In this document: positions 10,695-18,395 of the stretch, piece by piece
Position numbering within the stretch: the stretch's first letter is position 1
Layout of the letters: every line of letters begins with the position of its first letter
From: Obrimoposthia wandeli
Taxonomy: Eukaryota
Assembly (NCBI GenBank): GCA_977020255.1
Contig: CDROCS010005581.1
Location: forward strand, 1-64,000
Length of the DNA: 64,000 bases
Direction: 5' to 3'
The notes under the pieces: generated by a model
Seen by the model: the letters and a program-made list of their open reading frames with translations, nothing else
Told to the model about the DNA's origin: nothing
Databases searched by the model: none
Translations under genes and position numbers: made by a program

Positions 10695-13600
10695 ATGATG
10701 AGCCAAACCCCGAAAACCACGTCTGAATCGCAGGAAGATACGCGACTCAATAAACGTCTTAAAGACATGCCAATTGCGATTGTTGGCATGGCGAGTATGT
10801 TTGCGAATTCCCGTTACTTGAATAAGTTCTGGGATCTTATCAGCGAGAAAATTGATGCTATTACAGAAGTGCCTGAAACTCACTGGCGCCCAGAAGATTA
10901 TTACGATGCAAACAAAAGCACACCGGATAAGTCTTACTGTAAGCGTGGTGGCTTTATTCCAGAAGTTGATTTCAACCCAATGGAATTCGGGCTTCCGCCT
11001 AACATTCTTGAACTCACTGACACGTCACAGCTACTGTCACTGATCGTAGCAAAAGAGGTATTGGCTGATGCCAAGCTTCCTGAAACGTACGACCGCGACA
11101 AAATCGGTATTACCCTTGGTGTCGGTGGTGGTCAGAAGATCAGTCAAAGCCTTAACGCTCGTCTTCAATACCCTGTTCTAAAAAAAGTATTTAAAAACAG
11201 CGGCATCACTGATGAAGACAGTGAAATGTTGATTAAGAAATTCCAAGATCAATACATTCACTGGGAAGAAAACTCATTCCCAGGTTCACTGGGTAACGTT
11301 ATTTCCGGCCGTATTGCTAATCGCTTTGACCTAGGTGGCATGAACTGTGTCGTTGATGCTGCATGTGCGGGCTCTCTTGCTGCATTACGTATGGCATTAA
11401 GCGAACTGGTTGAAGGCCGCAGTGAAATGATGATCACAGGTGGTGTGTGTACCGATAACTCACCCACTATGTACATGAGTTTCTCTAAAACACCGGCATT
11501 CACGACCAACGAAACTATTCAGCCATTCGATATTGACTCGAAAGGTATGATGATTGGTGAAGGTATCGGCATGGTTGCGCTTAAACGTCTTGAAGACGCA
11601 GAGCGTGATGGCGACCGTATCTATTCAGTGATTAAAGGGGTTGGCGCCTCTTCAGACGGTAAGTTTAAGAGTATTTATGCGCCTCGCCCTGAAGGTCAGG
11701 CTAAAGCACTTAAACGCGCTTACGACGATGCTGGTTTTGCACCGCACACACTTGGTTTACTTGAAGCCCACGGCACAGGTACAGCAGCGGGTGATGTGGC
11801 AGAATTCAGTGGCTTGAATTCGGTATTCAGTGAAGGTAATGACGAAAAGCAACACATCGCATTAGGTTCAGTGAAATCTCAGATTGGTCACACTAAATCA
11901 ACAGCAGGTACTGCGGGTCTAATCAAAGCGTCTTTAGCACTGCACCATAAAGTACTGCCGCCAACAATCAATGTAACCAGCCCTAACCCTAAACTGAATA
12001 TTGAGGACTCACCGTTCTACCTCAATACACAGACGCGTCCATGGATGCAGCGTGTTGATGGTACGCCTCGTCGTGCTGGTATCAGTTCATTTGGTTTCGG
12101 TGGTACAAACTTCCACATTGTATTGGAAGAATACACACCAGATCATGCACGCGGTGACAAATACCGTCAGCGCCAAGTCGCACAAACATTATTGTTTAGC
12201 GCAGCGTCTCGCGAAGCACTGCTTGCTAGCTTAAAAGAGACGTCAGCAAACCTTACTAACGATAGCGTGAATCTTGAAGCACTGGCTAAAAGCCATGGCT
12301 TACGCAGCATCGAAGTATCACATGCACGTTTAGGTCTCGTTGTTAAAACAAACGAAGAGCTAAGCACTCAGCTTGCTCAAGCAATTTCAAACCTAGAAAG
12401 CCAAACTAAAACGCATTGGCAGCTTCCTAGTGGTACAAGCTACCGCGAATCAGCGCTTGTAAGCGGTAATGATTCAGCAAAAGTTGCAGCATTATTTGCA
12501 GGCCAAGGTTCACAGTACCTCAACATGGGCCGTGAGCTTGCGTGTCATTATCCTGAAATGCGTCAGCAGTTAGCGAAAGCCGATCAAGTATTCGGTCAGA
12601 ATAAGAAAACAGCACTATCACAAGTTCTGTTCCCTATTCCAACGTTCAATAAAGAAAGTACACAAGCACAAGAGGCTTTACTGACTAATACCGCCAATGC
12701 ACAAAGTGCAATCGGTGTTATGTCGATGGGTCAATTTGAACTGCTAACGCAAGCAGGCTTTAAAGCCGACATGGTTGCAGGTCACAGCTTTGGTGAGCTA
12801 AGTGCCCTATGCGCTTCTGGTGTAATCTCTCAAGACGATTACTACCAGCTTGCTTTTGCACGCGGTAACGCAATGGCAGCAACACCAGCAGAAGGTGATA
12901 GCGGCACAATGTACGCTGTTATTCTTGACGCTGATAAGCTGGCAGACGTTGAAAAATGCATTAGTGCATTTGAAGGCGTAAGCATTGCTAATTACAACGC
13001 ACCAACACAACTAGTTATTGCGGGCCCTACCGACAGTGCTCAGCTTGCTGCGAAAGCACTAACCGAGCAAGGCTTCAAAACGATTCCTCTTCCTGTTTCT
13101 GGCGCTTTCCACACGCCATTAGTTGCCCACGCACAAAAGCCTTTTGCAACGGCTATTGATAAAGCAACGTTCAGCACACCAGTATTACCGCTTTATTCTA
13201 ATGCAACTGGTGAACTGCATAAGAACAATGGCAAGGTCATTAAGAAAGCGTTCAAGCAACATATGTTGCAATCTGTTCGTTTCAGCACACAGCTTGAAGC
13301 GATGTATGACGCTGGCGCACGTGTCTTTGTCGAGTTCGGACCAAAGAACATTCTACAGAAGCTCGTTGAAAAGACGTTAAGTGATAAAGCCGATGAGCTT
13401 TGCATGATCAGTATTAACCCGAACCCTAAGGGTGATAGTGATCAGCAATTACGCTTAGCCGCAGTTCAGCTCGCTGTTGTGGGTATCTCGCTAGATAATA
13501 TCGACCCGTATCAAGCAGAGATTGCGCCACCAGCAGCAACATCACCAATGAACATCAAACTAAACGCAGCGAATTACATCAGTCCAGCGACTCGTGCAAA

Positions 13601-16600
13601 AATGGCTAAGTCATTAACAACTGGCGAAGTAAGCACTAAAACTGAAATCGTTGAAAAAATCATTGAAAAAATTGTGGAAAAAGAAGTGATTAAAACGGAA
13701 ATTCGTGAAGTACCCGTTGCAGCAGCGCCAACGCAGGCTGTAACTGTACAAACAACGGCACAGCCAGTGGTTACTACAACAGCGGTAACAGCAGCGCCAG
13801 CTCAAGTTGTTACACAAGCAACGTCACAACTGCCAGTCGGTGATGCATCTTTGCATGCTTTCTTCAGTGCACAACAGCAAGCCGCTGAACTTCATCAGCA
13901 GTTCTTAGCGATTCCTCAGCAATACGGTGATACGTTCACTGCATTGATGACCGAACAAGCTAAAATGGCAACGGCTGGTATTGCGATTCCAGAAAGCCTA
14001 CAACGTTCAATGGAGCTATTCCACCAGCACCAAGCTGAAACGTTAAAAGCGCATGCCCACTACCTTGAATTACAGGCAAACAGCAATAACTCTGCGTTAG
14101 GTATGTTGACTTCACAAGCGCCTGCTCTTCAGGTTCCTGTTTATCAGACGCCAGTTCAGCAAGCACCAGCGGCTCCTGCTGCACCAGTAATTACGCCGGT
14201 AGTTACCGCACCAGTAGTTGCTGCACCAATCGCAGCACCAGTTAAGCCTGTTGTTCACACTCAACAATCAACACCAGTCGCTTCAGCGCCAATCGCGGCA
14301 CCTGTTGTACAGACAGTTAAAGCTACACCTGTTGTTCAAGCAGCTGCAGCTCCACAAGTTGCTGTCCAAACGGCAAATCCAGAACAAGTGATGCTGGAAG
14401 TGGTTGCCGATAAGACGGGTTACCCTACCGAGATGTTAGATCTTGATATGGATATGGAAGCAGACCTAGGTATCGACTCAATTAAGCGTGTTGAAATTCT
14501 AGGTACGGTTCAAGATAAAATGCCAAACCTACCAGAACTAAGCCCTGATGATTTAGCTGAGTGTCGTACACTGGGCGAAATCGTGACTTACATGAACAGT
14601 AAAATGCCAGCAGCAGCTTCTGTTGCAGCAACGGTTGCTTCAGCTCCAGTAGCGTCAGTATCAAACGGCTTAGACGCAACGCAAGTTCAAAACACAATGC
14701 TTGAAGTGGTTGCCGATAAAACCGGTTACCCAACTGAAATGCTTGACCTTGCGATGGACATGGAAGCAGATTTGGGTATCGACTCTATTAAGCGAGTTGA
14801 AATTCTAGGTACGGTTCAAGACCAGCTACCAACGCTACCTGAGTTAAACCCTGAAGATTTAGCTGAGTGTCGTACGCTAGGCGAAATCGTGAGCTACATG
14901 AACAGCAAGCTTCCTGCAGCTTCTGCTGTCGTTGCTTCTGCTCCAGTCGCATCAGTATCAAATGGCTTAGACGCAACGCAAGTTCAAAGCACAATGCTAG
15001 ACGTTGTAGCTGATAAGACTGGCTACCCAACTGAAATGCTAGACCTTGCGATGGACATGGAAGCAGATTTAGGTATCGACTCTATCAAACGTGTTGAAAT
15101 TCTAGGTACTGTGCAAGACCAACTACCGGGTTTACCAGAGCTTAACCCTGAAGATTTAGCTGAGTGTCGTACGTTAGGCGAAATCGTTGATTACATGAAC
15201 AGCAAACTACCTGCTGTCTCTGTACAAGATGTAGCGGTACAAGCACCAATAACTACGGCGTCAGCATCAAACGGTTTAGACGCATCACAAGTTCAAAGCA
15301 CAATGCTAGACGTTGTTGCAGATAAGACTGGCTACCCAACTGAAATGCTAGACCTTGCGATGGACATGGAAGCAGATTTGGGTATCGACTCTATCAAACG
15401 AGTTGAAATTCTAGGTACTGTGCAAGACCAACTACCTGGCTTACCAGAGCTTAACCCTGAAGATTTAGCTGAGTGTCGTACGCTAGGCGAAATCGTAAGC
15501 TACATGAACAGCAAGCTTCCTGCAGCTTCTGCTGTCGTTGCTTCTGCTCCAGTCGCATCAGTATCAAATGGTTTAGACGCAGCACATGTTCAAAACACGA
15601 TGATGAATGTGGTTGCCGATAAAACAGGTTACCCCGCAGAAATGCTAGACCTTGCAATGGACATGGAAGCTGACCTTGGTATCGACTCTATCAAGCGTGT
15701 TGAAATTCTAGGTACTGTGCAAGACCAACTACCGGGTTTGCCTGAGCTTAACCCTGAAGATTTAGCTGAGTGTCGTACACTGGGCGAAATCGTTGTTTAC
15801 ATGCAAAGCAAACTTTCTAATACTTCAGCAGTAGCAGCACCTTCTGCTCCTGTTTTAGAAACGATTGCAGAGACAAGTAATGTAGAGCTTCCTCCTCACA
15901 GCGAGGTGGCGCTAAAAAAGTTACCAGCGGTAGATAAATTAGTAGACTGTTTTTCCAAAGAAGCTTGTATCGTGATTACCGATGATGGTCACAATGCCGG
16001 TGTTCTAGCAGAAAAGTTAAGTGCAAACGGCCTTCAAGTTGCTGTTGTGCGTAGTCCTCTATCTGCCGCGTCACCTTTAAACAGCGAAATCGCGAGCTAC
16101 ACATTAGCAAGCATTGATGACGCTAGTATCAAAACTGTTATTTCAGACATTGAAAGCAAGCAAAAAGCAATTGGTGGATTCATTCACTTACAGCCTCTTG
16201 CAACCGATGCTAAAACAGATAAAGCAACAGCTGTAAAACTGCATGCAACGGCAAAAGAAAGCATTTCTATGGCTTTCCTATTCGCGAAATTGCTTAATAC
16301 TCAGCTAAACGCAGCAACAAATCGCAGCGTCTTCTTTACGGTAAGTCGTATCGACGGTGGTTTCGGTTATTTGGATACAGAACAGCTTATCAATGCTGAA
16401 CTAAACCAAGCGGCATTATCTGGTTTAACGAAAACATTGAGCCACGAATGGTCAACAGTCTTCTGTCGCGCACTGGATGTTGCACCAACGCTTGATGCTC
16501 GTCATCTTGCAGAAGCAGTAACAGCCGAACTGTTCGATATCGATACTCACACTGTTGAAGTAGGTCTTGCTGATGCGAATAACGGTGAATCTAGTCGAGC

Positions 16601-18395
16601 AACACTGATTGCGACTGATGCTGGTACTGCTCTAACAAAAAATGCTTCAGCCAAACTAGACAAGAACGATAACGTGCTTGTGACTGGCGGTGCTAAAGGC
16701 GTGACGTTTGAATGTGCATTAACACTGGCTAAACAGTGTAAATCACACTTCATTCTTGCAGGTCGTAGTCAACATATTACGGCAAACGAACTGCCAGAAT
16801 GGGCACAAGGTAAACAAGCGAACGAGCTAAAACCTGCTGCTATTCGCCATATTCAAACATCTGGTGATAAACCAACCCCGAAGAAAGTCGATGCGTTAAT
16901 CAAGCCTGTATTAAGCAGCCTTGAAATTAACACTGCGCTTTCTGCCTTTGCTAACGTGGGTGCGAGTGCTGAATACCTAAGCCTTGATGTATCAAACAGT
17001 GAGTCTGTTGCTAACACATTGTCTCTGTTCAATAATATTACAGGCCTTATTCACGGTGCAGGCGTACTCGCTGATAAACATATTCAAGATAAAACAATTG
17101 ATGAGTTAAACCTTGTTTATGGCACTAAAGTAGGCGGCCTTGAAGCTGTGCTTAACGCATTAAACAGCGACAAGCTAAAACTGGTTGCGATGTTCTCATC
17201 AGCAGCAGGCTTCTACGGCAACACTGGTCAAAGCGATTACGCGATGTCCAATGAAATCTTGAATAAAGCTGCATTACAGCTATCTGCACGTAACCCTGAA
17301 GCAAAAGTAATGAGCTTCAACTGGGGACCGTGGGACGGTGGCATGGTAAACGCAGCATTGAAGAAAATGTTTACTGACCGTGGTGTATACGTGATTCCTC
17401 TTCAAGCGGGTGCTGAACTGTTTAGCTCTCAGCTGCTAAGTGAAACAGGTATTCAACTGCTTGTGGGTACAAGCATGCAAGGTTCAGACAACAAGGAAGC
17501 CACTGTAAAAAAGCTTGATGCGGAGTCTATGCTAGTAGCAAAGAGTCCGCTGAATTCAAGCATTACTGTAACACGCGATCTTGACCCGAAGGCGATGCCT
17601 TTCATCAATGATCACTGCATTGCCGGTAACCCAGTGTTACCGACAGTGTGTGCCATTCAATGGATGCGTGAAGCAGCAGAGCAGCTGTTAGGGGCGAACG
17701 TTACTGTTCGCGACTACAAACTGCTTAAAGGCGTGATCTTTGATACGAATGAAGTACAAACGCTCACATTGACACTGACGCCAGACGTAACGGATCAAAT
17801 CAAAGCATTGATCAGCTGCCAAGGTCGTCCTCAGTATCAAGCGATGTTGGTGGTAGAACCCGTATCAGCTGCACAGGCTAAAACCTTTACAGCGGATTCA
17901 AATGAACCCGTAACAACAGCTGAAACCTTATACAGTAATGGCACCCTATTCCATGGCCCACGACTGCAAGGCATCACAACGGTTGAACGTTTTGATGATG
18001 CTGGTTTGCTAGCGCAGTGTCAGCTACCAACAGTGGCTGATACAGACTGCGGCGCATTTGTGCCAACCCAACACCTTGGTGGTTGTCAGCCTTTTGCTGA
18101 AGACTACTTATTACAAGCAATGTTGGTGTGGGCACGCTTGAAGCACGGTGCTGCAAGTCTACCGTCTGCCATTGGTGAATTTGTTTCTTATGAACCAATG
18201 CAAGCGGGTGATAAAGGTTGGTTAGAGCTCAACGTAATTAAAAATACGACGCGTTCACTACAAGCTAACATCTCACTTTACCATCAAGATGGTCGTTTAA
18301 GTGCTGTTATGAAAGGCGCTAAAGTCACGATCAGTAAAAGCCTTAATGAGGCATTTTTGGTGAAGTCTGAGCCAGAGAAGGAGCTTCTGTCATAG
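10695..18395 (+). CDS. pfaA: PUFA synthase subunit A: KS-MAT-ACPx5-KR-DH
   Basis: KS (DAACAGS, EAHGTGT, GHTKSTAG), AT (GHSFG, AFHT), five LGIDS ACPs, KR (TGGAKGVT), DH (DHCIAGNPVLP). Start is ATG 10695 or 10698 after GGAG. Confidence 0.97.
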   Translation: MMSQTPKTTSESQEDTRLNKRLKDMPIAIVGMASMFANSRYLNKFWDLISEKIDAITEVPETHWRPEDYYDANKSTPDKSYCKRGGFIPEVDFNPMEFGLPPNILELTDTSQLLSLIVAKEVLADAKLPETYDRDKIGITLGVGGGQKISQSLNARLQYPVLKKVFKNSGITDEDSEMLIKKFQDQYIHWEENSFPGSLGNVISGRIANRFDLGGMNCVVDAACAGSLAALRMALSELVEGRSEMMITGGVCTDNSPTMYMSFSKTPAFTTNETIQPFDIDSKGMMIGEGIGMVALKRLEDAERDGDRIYSVIKGVGASSDGKFKSIYAPRPEGQAKALKRAYDDAGFAPHTLGLLEAHGTGTAAGDVAEFSGLNSVFSEGNDEKQHIALGSVKSQIGHTKSTAGTAGLIKASLALHHKVLPPTINVTSPNPKLNIEDSPFYLNTQTRPWMQRVDGTPRRAGISSFGFGGTNFHIVLEEYTPDHARGDKYRQRQVAQTLLFSAASREALLASLKETSANLTNDSVNLEALAKSHGLRSIEVSHARLGLVVKTNEELSTQLAQAISNLESQTKTHWQLPSGTSYRESALVSGNDSAKVAALFAGQGSQYLNMGRELACHYPEMRQQLAKADQVFGQNKKTALSQVLFPIPTFNKESTQAQEALLTNTANAQSAIGVMSMGQFELLTQAGFKADMVAGHSFGELSALCASGVISQDDYYQLAFARGNAMAATPAEGDSGTMYAVILDADKLADVEKCISAFEGVSIANYNAPTQLVIAGPTDSAQLAAKALTEQGFKTIPLPVSGAFHTPLVAHAQKPFATAIDKATFSTPVLPLYSNATGELHKNNGKVIKKAFKQHMLQSVRFSTQLEAMYDAGARVFVEFGPKNILQKLVEKTLSDKADELCMISINPNPKGDSDQQLRLAAVQLAVVGISLDNIDPYQAEIAPPAATSPMNIKLNAANYISPATRAKMAKSLTTGEVSTKTEIVEKIIEKIVEKEVIKTEIREVPVAAAPTQAVTVQTTAQPVVTTTAVTAAPAQVVTQATSQLPVGDASLHAFFSAQQQAAELHQQFLAIPQQYGDTFTALMTEQAKMATAGIAIPESLQRSMELFHQHQAETLKAHAHYLELQANSNNSALGMLTSQAPALQVPVYQTPVQQAPAAPAAPVITPVVTAPVVAAPIAAPVKPVVHTQQSTPVASAPIAAPVVQTVKATPVVQAAAAPQVAVQTANPEQVMLEVVADKTGYPTEMLDLDMDMEADLGIDSIKRVEILGTVQDKMPNLPELSPDDLAECRTLGEIVTYMNSKMPAAASVAATVASAPVASVSNGLDATQVQNTMLEVVADKTGYPTEMLDLAMDMEADLGIDSIKRVEILGTVQDQLPTLPELNPEDLAECRTLGEIVSYMNSKLPAASAVVASAPVASVSNGLDATQVQSTMLDVVADKTGYPTEMLDLAMDMEADLGIDSIKRVEILGTVQDQLPGLPELNPEDLAECRTLGEIVDYMNSKLPAVSVQDVAVQAPITTASASNGLDASQVQSTMLDVVADKTGYPTEMLDLAMDMEADLGIDSIKRVEILGTVQDQLPGLPELNPEDLAECRTLGEIVSYMNSKLPAASAVVASAPVASVSNGLDAAHVQNTMMNVVADKTGYPAEMLDLAMDMEADLGIDSIKRVEILGTVQDQLPGLPELNPEDLAECRTLGEIVVYMQSKLSNTSAVAAPSAPVLETIAETSNVELPPHSEVALKKLPAVDKLVDCFSKEACIVITDDGHNAGVLAEKLSANGLQVAVVRSPLSAASPLNSEIASYTLASIDDASIKTVISDIESKQKAIGGFIHLQPLATDAKTDKATAVKLHATAKESISMAFLFAKLLNTQLNAATNRSVFFTVSRIDGGFGYLDTEQLINAELNQAALSGLTKTLSHEWSTVFCRALDVAPTLDARHLAEAVTAELFDIDTHTVEVGLADANNGESSRATLIATDAGTALTKNASAKLDKNDNVLVTGGAKGVTFECALTLAKQCKSHFILAGRSQHITANELPEWAQGKQANELKPAAIRHIQTSGDKPTPKKVDALIKPVLSSLEINTALSAFANVGASAEYLSLDVSNSESVANTLSLFNNITGLIHGAGVLADKHIQDKTIDELNLVYGTKVGGLEAVLNALNSDKLKLVAMFSSAAGFYGNTGQSDYAMSNEILNKAALQLSARNPEAKVMSFNWGPWDGGMVNAALKKMFTDRGVYVIPLQAGAELFSSQLLSETGIQLLVGTSMQGSDNKEATVKKLDAESMLVAKSPLNSSITVTRDLDPKAMPFINDHCIAGNPVLPTVCAIQWMREAAEQLLGANVTVRDYKLLKGVIFDTNEVQTLTLTLTPDVTDQIKALISCQGRPQYQAMLVVEPVSAAQAKTFTADSNEPVTTAETLYSNGTLFHGPRLQGITTVERFDDAGLLAQCQLPTVADTDCGAFVPTQHLGGCQPFAEDYLLQAMLVWARLKHGAASLPSAIGEFVSYEPMQAGDKGWLELNVIKNTTRSLQANISLYHQDGRLSAVMKGAKVTISKSLNEAFLVKSEPEKELLS
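14382..15812 (+). repeat. Five tandem ACP-coding repeats in pfaA
   Basis: Unit spacings 306, 297, 309 and 297 nt, measured at the GAAATCGT of each unit; near-identical DNA. Confidence 0.95.
15903..15937 (+). other. Candidate -1 ribosomal frameshift signal 1 in pfaA (ACP|KR boundary)
   Basis: SD-like GAGGTG (15903-08), in-frame A_AAA_AAG (15914-20), -1 frame stop TAA at 15935-37. Confidence 0.5.
17493..17550 (+). other. Candidate -1 ribosomal frameshift signal 2 in pfaA (KR|DH boundary)
   Basis: SD-like AAGGAAG (17493-99), in-frame A_AAA_AAG (17507-13), -1 stop TGA at 17516-18, hairpin 17520-17550 starting 6 nt after the heptamer. Confidence 0.65.

Noticed and set aside
11178-11189. A7 run (CTA AAA AAA GTA) in the pfaA KS domain as a third slippery site
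   Set aside because: It ends in AAA rather than AAG, lies mid-domain, and I saw no comparable SD or hairpin. It is also too short for typical transcriptional slippage.
14382-15812. Regularly spaced near-identical repeats as a CRISPR-like array
   Set aside because: They are in-frame ACP domain codons with a period of about 300 nt, and no cas genes are present.
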